This document shows, one piece after another, positions 27,187 to 36,217 of a DNA stretch of 46,937 bases. The position numbers were made by a program, and so were the translations under genes. The notes below the pieces were generated by a model that saw nothing but the letters and a program-made list of their open reading frames with translations, searched no databases and was not told where the DNA came from. This DNA is from Myxococcota bacterium (GTDB lineage Bacteria; Myxococcota; UBA4151): positions 1 to 46,937 of the forward strand of contig JBDQPD010000011.1 of NCBI GenBank assembly GCA_040260805.1. The letters run 5' to 3'. Each line of letters begins with the position of its first letter. Position 1 is the stretch's first letter.

Positions 27187-28595
27187 CCGAGGAAACCAAC
27201 TGGATTCCCGGACTGATTGCGGGTGGTGCAGGGCTGGCTTTAGGGCTCTTAGCAGCCTGGCGTTTGCGCGGCTCATCAAAACGCACCAACACCCTTGAGC
27301 GGCGCGATCTTGAGGCGGAATGGACCAGCCTTAAAATCCAGCTGCTCGAGGCTCGATCCAGCGAGCAAAACCAACCAGAACAAGCACATCACCGCTACGC
27401 GCTCGAGCTGCGCGCAGCTGAGCTGCTCAAGGAGCGTCACGTGGCTGAATCGTCATCGCCAGAACCAAGCCCCATCGAAACTCCAACAGACCCATCGAAC
27501 GACTCCCCCCGGCGCGCAAGCTGGGTTGGCGCCGTCTGGGGTGCTTTAGCGACCGCCGCTATTTTGGTGCCGCTGCTGCTCGTTCAAAACCACGCCACGG
27601 AACGCGCCGAAGGCGGCTCGATCACTGGAAACACTGGGCCTGCTGGCGGTCCGACAGGAGCGCCACCGGCCGCAAACTCCGCGCCAATGAAAGGAGCTCC
27701 ACCGATGAAAGGGGCTCCTGACCCCGCGCTCAAACCCTTGCGCGATGCGGTCGATGCGAACCCTAAATCAGTGGCACCGAGGCTTGCGCTGATCCGGGCT
27801 CAAATTGGCCGGCGCCAGTTGATTCAGGCTTATGAGGGCTCGAACGAAGTCCTGAAAATCGAACCAGACAATCCCCAAGCCAAAACCTTCCTAGCCATCG
27901 TTCGTATTGAGATGGGGATGAGCTCTCAGGCGACCAAACTGCTCAGCGAGGCGCTTAAAGCCAACCCGGGCTTAGTGGAAGCGTGGATCTATCGCGGGGT
28001 CGCGAACATGCAAACCGGCGAAGCCCAAGCAGCGCTCGATGACTGGCAAGAGGCGATGAAGCTGCGACCGGACTCCGCTCGGGTCCTGCAACCCTTAATC
28101 GAGCGCGCCGAGGGCATTTTAGATGGTTCGATTCAACAAGTAGCGCCGAAACCCCATCCAGGCGGAACCCAGGGTATGCCCTCAGGACACCCACCAGCAT
28201 CAAGCGCTCCGCAAGCCTTTGCGCCTGCTCCCAAGGCTGCGCCGGTCCCTGCTGGACCGCCGGCTAAGATCACTATTAAGCTGGCTGCCGGCGCCCAAGC
28301 AAAGGCTGGCGAGATCATCTTTGTGATCGCACGCCCAGCGGGAGTAACCGCCGGCCCCCCTGCCGCCGTCAAACGACTCACCGTCGAGAGCTTCCCCATC
28401 GAGGTGAGTCTGACCAACGCCGATATGATGATGGGTGGCAGTCTACCCAAGACGCTCGACATCACCGCCCGAGTGGACGGCGACGGAAACCCTTTGACCA
28501 AAAACGATGGCGTGCGCGGTCAAGTTAGAGGGGTCCTCGTCGGCGGCGAGGCCGCAAGCCTGACCCTTCAGACTCTGGACCCTAGCGGGAACTAG
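27183..28595 (+). CDS. ccmI: CcmI/CycH-like TPR apocytochrome chaperone
   Basis: Two TM segments, TPR helices and the C-terminal CycH domain (IFVIAR..GPPAAVKRL..FP..LTNADMMMG..ITARVDGDG). Confidence 0.85.
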   Translation: MTEETNWIPGLIAGGAGLALGLLAAWRLRGSSKRTNTLERRDLEAEWTSLKIQLLEARSSEQNQPEQAHHRYALELRAAELLKERHVAESSSPEPSPIETPTDPSNDSPRRASWVGAVWGALATAAILVPLLLVQNHATERAEGGSITGNTGPAGGPTGAPPAANSAPMKGAPPMKGAPDPALKPLRDAVDANPKSVAPRLALIRAQIGRRQLIQAYEGSNEVLKIEPDNPQAKTFLAIVRIEMGMSSQATKLLSEALKANPGLVEAWIYRGVANMQTGEAQAALDDWQEAMKLRPDSARVLQPLIERAEGILDGSIQQVAPKPHPGGTQGMPSGHPPASSAPQAFAPAPKAAPVPAGPPAKITIKLAAGAQAKAGEIIFVIARPAGVTAGPPAAVKRLTVESFPIEVSLTNADMMMGGSLPKTLDITARVDGDGNPLTKNDGVRGQVRGVLVGGEAASLTLQTLDPSGN

Positions 28596-28607
28596 TGCCG
28601 TGCCGGA

Positions 28608-29039
28608 TCAGTGACGAATCACTAAGTTCCACAAGCCCGTGGCAACTGGCTTACCGTCTTGGTCTTCGGTCTCGGTACGGACTTTGACGAAGTACATCGG
28701 CCCCTTATCTCGGACCGATTCAACCGTTCCCGTCGTAAACAGCTGGGCACCGACCTTGATCGGCTGATGAAAAGTGAACTGCTGTTCGCCGTGAACCAGC
28801 TTCGCCAAGTTGATCTCGAGCTCTTTGTCCATAACGCAGTCGTTAACCGGCTGAAAGGACGGGATCACGATGAACATGGGCGGCGCAATCACACCACCGA
28901 TCTCAGCGGCGGCTTCTTCGTCATGGTGCCAAGGGTGGTCATTCTTCGTTGCGGCGGCGTACTCACGCACCTTCTCAAGACCTACGACGTATTTGGTAGG
29001 ACCATATGAGCGCCCAATAAATCCTTCTGCAGTCGCCAT
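28608..29039 (-). CDS. MaoC-family dehydratase, non-catalytic (HadA/FAS1-like) subunit
   Basis: Motifs EKVREYAAAT, IAPPMF and LVHGEQQFTFHQPI. Confidence 0.88.
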   Translation of the reverse strand: MATAEGFIGRSYGPTKYVVGLEKVREYAAATKNDHPWHHDEEAAAEIGGVIAPPMFIVIPSFQPVNDCVMDKELEINLAKLVHGEQQFTFHQPIKVGAQLFTTGTVESVRDKGPMYFVKVRTETEDQDGKPVATGLWNLVIRH

Positions 29040-29041
29040 GG

Positions 29042-29410
29042 TTAATCCTCCATCGTGACGAGGGCTTTGCGCAGCACGTTGTCACCGTCTTGATTGCTCA
29101 CATCCACCGAATAGGTGGTCTGCCCTTCGGCTTGCTCCATGACCGAGCCGGTAAAGCCAAGCTCATCGCCCATGCGAACCGGCCCGCTGAAGCGGCAGCC
29201 CATCGACTTGATCTTACGGGGGTCGCCATGCGCCCTGGTCACCGAATCGACCATCCACGCTGCGGTGCATAGACCGTGCAGAATTGTACCACCAAATCCG
29301 GCTTTATCCCCCACCTTAGGGTCAATATGTAGCGGATTAAAATCACCCGATGCGCCGGCGTATAAGACGGCTCGATAGCGATCGACTTTCTGTTTTTCTT
29401 CGAAGCTCAC
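29042..29410 (-). CDS. MaoC-family dehydratase, catalytic (HadB-like) subunit
   Basis: Hydratase motif YAGASGDFNPLH plus ILHGL and RFSGPV. GTG 29410 follows GGGGAG. Confidence 0.88.
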   Translation of the reverse strand: MSFEEKQKVDRYRAVLYAGASGDFNPLHIDPKVGDKAGFGGTILHGLCTAAWMVDSVTRAHGDPRKIKSMGCRFSGPVRMGDELGFTGSVMEQAEGQTTYSVDVSNQDGDNVLRKALVTMED

Positions 29411-29516
29411 AACCTGCTCCCCACAACATTTGATGGGAGCGAAGGACCACTCTTGGAGCCAAAGATCAAGCCCTCGCTCGCGAGCCGATTTCAAGCTACC
29501 GGCTAGGAAGGAGCAG

Positions 29517-30242
29517 ATGATGACCCAAGTTTTAACCGATTGCGTGGCGTTAGTAACCGGCGCAAGCCGCGGCATTGGGCGCGCCAGCGCCATTGAGCTT
29601 GCGCGTGCTGGCTGCGAGCTGGTCCTGATGGGCCGAGACACCGACGCCCTCGAGGCCACCGCTCAAGAATGTGCCGAGTTTTGTGAGCAGGTGATCTTTT
29701 ATGCGCTCGATCTAGCCGACCCCGAGGCGATGCAAGAGACGATCAACGATATGCTCGAGAGCACGGGCAGGCTCAACATCATCGTCAACAACGCAGGCGT
29801 TCGCGGTCCGCTGGACTCGTCCGCTCACTTTGATGAGACCGTCGAAACCCTTGAGGTGAACCTGCTCTCGATGATGCGTCTGACCCAGTACTGCATCGAT
29901 GGAGTCCTCAGCTCAGAGGGCCCCAAAGCGATCATCAACATTGCCTCGGTGCTCGGCAAAGTAGGCCTCGGTGGCAGCGCCGCCTACTGCGCAAGTAAAC
30001 ACGGCGTTGTGGGTTACACCGCATCGCTCTTTGAGGACTTGCGCAGCTCCGGCGTTAAAGTATCAGCGATCTGTCCGGGCTTTGTGAACACCGCTATGGT
30101 GGCTGATCGAGGCTTAGCGGGAGAGCGTATGATTCAACCCGAAGATGTCGCAAAAGCGGTTCGGTTTGTTGCGGAGTTTCCGGGAACCGGTTGCCCCACC
30201 GAGATCACGATCCGTCCCCAGATGAATCCCTACAGTGCATGA
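29517..30242 (+). CDS. classical SDR oxidoreductase
   Basis: Motifs TGASRGIG, NNAG, YCASK and ICPGFVNT. Confidence 0.92.
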   Translation: MMTQVLTDCVALVTGASRGIGRASAIELARAGCELVLMGRDTDALEATAQECAEFCEQVIFYALDLADPEAMQETINDMLESTGRLNIIVNNAGVRGPLDSSAHFDETVETLEVNLLSMMRLTQYCIDGVLSSEGPKAIINIASVLGKVGLGGSAAYCASKHGVVGYTASLFEDLRSSGVKVSAICPGFVNTAMVADRGLAGERMIQPEDVAKAVRFVAEFPGTGCPTEITIRPQMNPYSA

Positions 30243-31633
30243 CCGCTCTTCTTGAGACGATTGATCGCGCGCTCCAGCAGCGCCCTGAAGCGATCGCTTT
30301 CGAATACCAAGGCGAGGGGCTGCGCTGGAGTGAGCTTGATCGCGCAGCCGATGCCCTCGGTCATGAACTCGGGCGGCAAGGACTTCGAGCCGGCGACCGA
30401 ATAGCCTGCGGACTTGGCGCCGGTCTAGAGCTCCCGGTCCAGCTGCTCGCCCACCTACGCGCTGGACTCATTCACGTGCCGGTCAACGACCGCTATCGGG
30501 CTGCTGAAATTGACCACCTTTTCGAGCTAACCGGCCCGGCGGCTTGCGTTGGCCTAAACCGCCGCCCTGCACCTTCGGATGCTGATGATATCCCCAGCGA
30601 TGCGGCGCTGATCCTGTCGACGTCTGGTACCACCGGACAGCCTAAGGGCGTGCTGCATACGCACCGATCGCTGCAGGCCGGTATCGGCTCGCTGACCAAG
30701 CTGTGGTCATGGAGCCCGACCGATCGGCAAGTCCTCGCGCTTCCGCTCTTTCATATTCACGGCTTGGGCATTGGCTTGCTCGGTGCGTTAATGCGCGGCG
30801 TGACCACTGAGCTGCTGCCCCGCTTCGATGCAGCGTTGGTGTGTGATGCGATGAACAAAGCGGGCACGATCTTTATGGGGGTCCCGACCATGTACGTCGC
30901 GCTGGTCGAGTATTTTGAGACCCACCCCGAGGCCGCGCGAAGCTTTTCAAGGGCGCGGCTATGCTGCGCCGGATCAGCTACCCTAAACCGCGATACTTTA
31001 CGTCGATTTGAGGAACACACAGGACAACGCATACTCGAGCGGTATGGCATGAGCGAAACCCTAATCACCGCCTCAAACCCGCTCAATGGAGAGCGACGAG
31101 AGGGCGCAATCGGGCACCCGATACCCGGCGTTGAGGTCCACATAGAGGGCGACTCTGAGGGTGAACTGTGGGTTCGTGGCGACACCCTAATGCACAGCTA
31201 CTGGCAAGACCCAAAGGCGACGAACGAGGCGATGACCGAGGGGTGGTTTCGCACCGGCGACCGGGTCCGAAAAGACGCTGATGGCTACCTGCATCACCAA
31301 GGGCGCTTGAGCGTGGATTGGATCAAATCGGGGGGCTGGCGCGTGGGCGCCAAAGAGCTTGAAGTCCTCCTCGAAGCGCACCCTTTAGTCCGCGAGGCGG
31401 CGGTCTTTGGTGTGCCTGACTCTCGATGGGGGGAGCTCGTCGCAGCGGCGGTTGTCCTCAACCGCCCGCTCGACGATGCAGACCAAGTCCTCGCTGACTT
31501 TATCCGGCCACAGGTTGCTGACTATAAGTTCATTCGGCGCTGGGTTGTGGTCGAAGCTCTGCCGCGCAATGCGCTCGGCAAAGTCCAGAAGCGGCGCTTA
31601 CTCGATCAGATCGAGTTGCGCCGACCCAGTTGA
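30239..31633 (+). CDS. acyl-CoA synthetase (AMP-binding), MatB/ACSF3 malonyl-CoA synthetase-like
   Basis: Motifs TSGTTGQPKG, LPLFHIHG, ERYGMSET, WFRTGD and PRNALGKVQK. Confidence 0.88.
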   Translation: MTALLETIDRALQQRPEAIAFEYQGEGLRWSELDRAADALGHELGRQGLRAGDRIACGLGAGLELPVQLLAHLRAGLIHVPVNDRYRAAEIDHLFELTGPAACVGLNRRPAPSDADDIPSDAALILSTSGTTGQPKGVLHTHRSLQAGIGSLTKLWSWSPTDRQVLALPLFHIHGLGIGLLGALMRGVTTELLPRFDAALVCDAMNKAGTIFMGVPTMYVALVEYFETHPEAARSFSRARLCCAGSATLNRDTLRRFEEHTGQRILERYGMSETLITASNPLNGERREGAIGHPIPGVEVHIEGDSEGELWVRGDTLMHSYWQDPKATNEAMTEGWFRTGDRVRKDADGYLHHQGRLSVDWIKSGGWRVGAKELEVLLEAHPLVREAAVFGVPDSRWGELVAAAVVLNRPLDDADQVLADFIRPQVADYKFIRRWVVVEALPRNALGKVQKRRLLDQIELRRPS

Positions 31634-32688
31634 CTATTCGGGAAGCGCCCCTCGCCTTGCTGCTCCGCGAGGACGACCGGCTGACCGGTCTCGGACGACT
31701 CATAAATTGCGTGGAGCAGCTCCACCGCCCTTAGCCCTTCGGCGCCTTCGATCAGCGCGCGCCGGCCGCTGGTCATCGCCTCAAAGACGTCTTGGTAGAG
31801 CATCACATGCCCATAGCCGTAGACGTTATCGATCGGATAACTCGCATCAGCCTCAGCTGACTCGTTCGGGTTATCGGTAAAATTCCAGGTATCCACCTTA
31901 TTGGTCGCAAAGCCACCCAAGACGACGGATCCACCTTCGCCCAAGAACGAGACGCTGCCTTCAAGATTGTCCGGGCGAGTTGCGGTCGTGGCTTCAATGA
32001 CCCCCAAAGCGCCGTTGCTGAACCGCAGCACCACCGCAGCCGTATCTTCGGCTTCGATATCAACCAAACGGGTGGCGGTCTGCGCATAAACCGATTCAAT
32101 ATCGCCCATGATCCAGGTCATCAGATCAATATAGTGAATGGTCTGATTGGTCAGGCAGCCGCCATCTTCGGCCCAGGTCCCGCGCCAATCCGCCTGGCTG
32201 TAGTAGCCCTCGTCACGGCGCCAGCGCAGCCGCACGGTGCCCATGACCATCTTCCCAAAGCGCCCGGCATCTTTCGCCTTACGAACCGCTTGGATTCCAG
32301 GGTTGAAGCGATTTTGCTTGACCACAAACAACCGAACACCCGCCGCATCGGCTGCTGCCATCATGCGGTCACAATCAGCGATGCTGAGCGCCATCGGCTT
32401 CTCGACCAGGACCGGTTTCCCGTGGTCGCGCATGACCCGAACAGCGACCTCTGCGTGGCTGCCTGAATCCGTGAGCACGCCGACCAGATCACACTCGACT
32501 GCGTTGAGCATCGTATCGAGGTCAGTGAAGAAGGGGGTACCCGTGCGCTCGGCTGCAGCTTGGGCTTTGTCCGAGACGAGATCGCAGACCCCAGTGAGCG
32601 TCCACGAATTCGAGTTCTCATCGAGCGCATCGAGGTGCTTGTTGAGAATCCGGCCACAACCGATCAGGGCTACCTTTTGGGTGCTCAT
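31606..32688 (-). CDS. wbpB: Gfo/Idh/MocA oxidoreductase, WbpB/WlbA-like UDP-GlcNAcA 3-dehydrogenase
   Basis: Motifs IGCGRI, VEKPMA, VVKQNRFN, WRGTW..DGG.L.NQ.IH and NVYGYGH. Close to wbpD/wbpE-like genes. Confidence 0.82.
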   Translation of the reverse strand: MSTQKVALIGCGRILNKHLDALDENSNSWTLTGVCDLVSDKAQAAAERTGTPFFTDLDTMLNAVECDLVGVLTDSGSHAEVAVRVMRDHGKPVLVEKPMALSIADCDRMMAAADAAGVRLFVVKQNRFNPGIQAVRKAKDAGRFGKMVMGTVRLRWRRDEGYYSQADWRGTWAEDGGCLTNQTIHYIDLMTWIMGDIESVYAQTATRLVDIEAEDTAAVVLRFSNGALGVIEATTATRPDNLEGSVSFLGEGGSVVLGGFATNKVDTWNFTDNPNESAEADASYPIDNVYGYGHVMLYQDVFEAMTSGRRALIEGAEGLRAVELLHAIYESSETGQPVVLAEQQGEGRFPNSQLGRRNSI

Positions 32689-32823
32689 ACACGTCTCCAT
32701 TCGGCGGAGCTTTAGGGTATACAAACAGCCCTCACAAGCACCGAGCGCATCGGACATTTGACAAGACCATTGCGAGAGGGCGTCGGATGGACCAAAATAC
32801 CCCTACTTCTGATGGAGACGTAC

Positions 32824-34410
32824 ATGCGCTGGTCTGCCTTTGCTCTGATCCCGATGACCTTCTCTTTGGGCTGCTCAACGCCCTGTGAGACTGACGCTGA
32901 ATGCGAGAAGGTTGAGTACTGCAGTTTGGATGAGAAGTGTGAAGAGATCCCTGCCTTCCCCGATGACTTCTTGTGGGGTACAGCGGTGGCTGGATTCCAG
33001 GTCGACTATGGCTGTCCGACGATGGAGCGCGAACGCTGCGAAGACACGGCTAGTGATTGGTTTGCGTTTACCACCAGCGAAGAGACGGTAGACTCCCCAG
33101 GAGCGTTCCTCAGCGGCGACAACCCAAGCGAACTTGGGCCTGGGTTCTGGGAGCTCTACGACGCCGACTTCGAGCGAGCCGCTACCGAGCTCAAAAACAA
33201 TTCGTTTCGCATGAGCATTGAGTGGTCTCGGATCTTCCCTGAGGCGACCGATGACGCCACCACCCATGAAGAACTCATGGCGCTCGCTAATCAAACCAAC
33301 GTCGAACATTACCGCAGCATGTTCGCCAGCATGAAGGCGAAGGGCCTGACCCCGATGGTCACCCTCAACCACTACGCGCTCCCGACCTGGATCCATGACC
33401 CTATCGCCTGCCATACGAGCTTTAGCACCTGCGAGCGACGAGGCTGGGTCGACAGCGAGCGAACCGTGCGAGAGATCGCTAAGTTCTCGGGCTTTGTCGC
33501 TAAGGAATACGGTGCATCGATCGACCTCTGGGCGACACTAAATGAGCCTCTACAAAACATGCTTTTTGGTTACTTTCAGCCCAGCGCATCGCGCAGCCAC
33601 CCACCGGCTGTTCAGCTGCAGTCAGAGGCTGCGCGTACCGTCTTGTTCGCGCTGGTCGAAGCCCACGCTCGCATGGTCGATGCGGTGCGGGCTAATGACA
33701 CCGTCGATGCCGACGGCGATGGCAACGCCACGAGCATTGGGGTCGTCTACCCCTTGGTTCCGATCTCACCGATGCGACCGGGCGATCCAGCCGATGAGGG
33801 CGCCGCTGACAACATCTCATACCTTTGGAACAAAGCGTTCTTGCGGGCGACTGCGCTCGGCGAACTTGACGAGAACCTAGACGGTAATTCGGTCCGAAAA
33901 GAGTCACTGGCTGGACGCATGGATTGGATCGGCGTGAACTGGTACTTCGGGATCACCGTTGAGGGGGCTCCGAACTCCTTTATGCCGGACTTCTCACCCT
34001 TGCTGAACGTCAACCCGCTGACCTTTGTCGAGGGCGTTAATGAACCCGACAAACTCGAAGGGCTGCTGGGTTGGGTTCAAGACGAGCTCAAATTACCCAT
34101 CTACATCAGCGAAAACGGTGCCCAAGACGATCCAAACGACCCGGATCACATGAGCCGCTTTGTGGTGCAAAACCTGGACGCTTTGCAGCGAGCTATTGCC
34201 CGTGGAATCGACGTAAAAGGCTATTATTACTGGACCTTCGTCGACAACTTTGAGTGGAATCACGGGATGAGTTGGAAGATGGGAATGTATGGCATGGATG
34301 GAACCGATCCGGCGAAAACTCGTACCCTTCGACCAGCTGGAACCCTGTACGGCGAAATTGCATCGCAAGGTCAGATCCCGGCAGCGGCACGCGAAAAACA
34401 CCTACCCTGA
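32824..34410 (+). CDS. glycoside hydrolase family 1 lipoprotein
   Basis: Motifs FPDDFLWGTA, RMSIEWSRIFP, TLNEP (acid/base), ISENG (nucleophile) and DNFEW. N-terminal lipobox SLGC and a four-Cys module. Confidence 0.92.
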   Translation: MRWSAFALIPMTFSLGCSTPCETDAECEKVEYCSLDEKCEEIPAFPDDFLWGTAVAGFQVDYGCPTMERERCEDTASDWFAFTTSEETVDSPGAFLSGDNPSELGPGFWELYDADFERAATELKNNSFRMSIEWSRIFPEATDDATTHEELMALANQTNVEHYRSMFASMKAKGLTPMVTLNHYALPTWIHDPIACHTSFSTCERRGWVDSERTVREIAKFSGFVAKEYGASIDLWATLNEPLQNMLFGYFQPSASRSHPPAVQLQSEAARTVLFALVEAHARMVDAVRANDTVDADGDGNATSIGVVYPLVPISPMRPGDPADEGAADNISYLWNKAFLRATALGELDENLDGNSVRKESLAGRMDWIGVNWYFGITVEGAPNSFMPDFSPLLNVNPLTFVEGVNEPDKLEGLLGWVQDELKLPIYISENGAQDDPNDPDHMSRFVVQNLDALQRAIARGIDVKGYYYWTFVDNFEWNHGMSWKMGMYGMDGTDPAKTRTLRPAGTLYGEIASQGQIPAAAREKHLP

Positions 34411-34527
34411 GCTTCTTTCGAATTGGTGGAATAACCGGGATGTAGAAGTCTCAGCAGGCGAAACCGTTTGCGCGCGACGCGTTGAGGATTGTAAGGCTGC
34501 GCACCCCTAAAGGGGTGGGAGCCCAGC

Positions 34528-35106
34528 GTGAGCGATTTTTATGCACACCCCACAGCGGTAGTGGATGACGGAGCCCAGATCGGTGCGGGCACGAAAGTAT
34601 GGCACTTTTGCCATGTGATGGGCGGCGCCCAGCTCGGCGAACGCTGCATCCTCGGGCAAAATGTTTTTGTCGCGAGCGGTGTCTTGGTGGGCGACGGATG
34701 CAAGATTCAAAACAACGTCAGTTTGTACGCCGGGGTCATCCTCGAAGATCACGTGTTCTGTGGCCCTTCGATGGTCTTCACCAACGTGATGAACCCGAGA
34801 GCCCACATCGAGCGCAAGGATCAGTACGCCGAAACCCGCGTCGGCCGTGGGGCATCGATTGGCGCCAACGCAACCATCATCTGCGGACACGACATTGGCG
34901 AGTACGCATTTGTCGGGGCTGGGTCCGTGGTGACTCGAGAGGTCCCAGCCTATGCCCTGGTCTTCGGCGCTCCCGCTAAAGTTCAAGGTTGGATGAGTGC
35001 AGCGGGCGAGCGTTTGAGCTTTGATGATCAAGGCAGGGCACAATGCCCTCATAGCGGCGAGCGGTACCTGCTGACCGACGGCCGCTGCCAACCGGAGGGA
35101 TCCTGA
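34528..35106 (+). CDS. wbpD: WbpD/WlbB-like hexapeptide N-acetyltransferase
   Basis: Motifs [35 protein letters not shown] and GWMS..GERL. Confidence 0.9.
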   Translation: MSDFYAHPTAVVDDGAQIGAGTKVWHFCHVMGGAQLGERCILGQNVFVASGVLVGDGCKIQNNVSLYAGVILEDHVFCGPSMVFTNVMNPRAHIERKDQYAETRVGRGASIGANATIICGHDIGEYAFVGAGSVVTREVPAYALVFGAPAKVQGWMSAAGERLSFDDQGRAQCPHSGERYLLTDGRCQPEGS

Positions 35107-35108
35107 CC

Positions 35109-36212
35109 ATGCAGTTTATCGATTTGAAGAGCCAATACGCGAGTTACCGAGGTGGCGCCGACGGGATCGATGCGCGGATGCAAGCCGTCCTCGATCATGG
35201 GCGATACATCATGGGGCCTGAGATCATCGAGATGGAAGAAGCGCTCGCAGAACGCACCGGTGTGAAGCATTGTATTTCCGCTGCCTCGGGCACAGACGCT
35301 TTGTACTTGCCGATGCTGGCGATGGATATCGGGCCCGGCGATGAGGTCATCACCGTCCCCTTCACGTTCATTGCGACCGCCGAGATCATTCGCCTGATCG
35401 GAGCCACTCCGATCTTCATCGACGTGGATCCGGTCACGTACAACATGGACGCTAACCTACTTGAAGCGGCGATCACCGAGCGTACCAAGGCGATTGTACC
35501 GGTCAGTTTATACGGTCAAGTACCCGACATGGAAGCCATCAACGCCATCGCTGAACGCCACGGCATCCCGGTGCTTGAAGATGCCGCTCAAAGTTATGGC
35601 GCCACCCGACATGGCAAAGCAAGCGGCGGTCTCTCGACCGTGGGTTGCACCTCCTTCTTTCCCTCCAAGCCGCTGGGCTGCTACGGCGATGGCGGCGCCT
35701 TGTTTTGCAATGACGACCATCTCGCCAAGGTGATGCGCGAGCTGCGCGCTCACGGCCAAGAGAAACGCTACGTGCACAGTCGTATCGGCATGAACGCGCG
35801 CATGGACACACTGCAAGCCGCGGTAATCCTAGGAAAACTTCCCCACTTTGACGATGAGATCGAAGCTCGGCAACGCCTAGGTGCTCGCTACAGCGAGGCT
35901 CTAGGTGATCTCGCAACCACGCCCGTCACCGCTGAGGGGAATACTCATGTCTATGGACAGTACACGCTCAAGGTGGATGATCGAGATGGGCTTCGTGCCG
36001 CTTTAGCTGAAGTCGGTATTCCCACGGCTGTTCACTACCCTCGCCCCTTACATCTCCAAGAAGCCTTTCAAGACCTCGGGGGGACCTGCGGCGACTTTCC
36101 GGTCAGTGAGTTTGTCAGCGAACACGTCGTGAGCCTTCCGATGAGCCCCTTCCTCACGGACGCCGACCAAGACCGCGTGATTGAAGCGGTTCGCAACGCG
36201 CTGACCGCTTAA
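35109..36212 (+). CDS. wbpE: WbpE/WlbC-like DegT-family aminotransferase
   Basis: Motifs MQFIDLKSQY, EDAAQS, SFFPSKPLGCYGDGGA and GQYT. Confidence 0.88.
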   Translation: MQFIDLKSQYASYRGGADGIDARMQAVLDHGRYIMGPEIIEMEEALAERTGVKHCISAASGTDALYLPMLAMDIGPGDEVITVPFTFIATAEIIRLIGATPIFIDVDPVTYNMDANLLEAAITERTKAIVPVSLYGQVPDMEAINAIAERHGIPVLEDAAQSYGATRHGKASGGLSTVGCTSFFPSKPLGCYGDGGALFCNDDHLAKVMRELRAHGQEKRYVHSRIGMNARMDTLQAAVILGKLPHFDDEIEARQRLGARYSEALGDLATTPVTAEGNTHVYGQYTLKVDDRDGLRAALAEVGIPTAVHYPRPLHLQEAFQDLGGTCGDFPVSEFVSEHVVSLPMSPFLTDADQDRVIEAVRNALTA

Positions 36213-36217
36213 ACGAA

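Noticed and set aside
29476..29485. 10-bp palindrome GCTCGCGAGC in the divergent gap
   Set aside because: Short GC-rich palindromes are expected by chance at this composition, and there is no other support.
29411..29659. Overlapping N-terminal extensions of the MaoC and SDR ORFs
   Set aside because: Better starts with SDs exist at 29410 (minus) and 29517/29520 (plus), so the overlap is an ORF-caller artefact.
32758..32790. Perfect TTGACA upstream of GH1
   Set aside because: There is no plausible -10 at 16-18 bp spacing.
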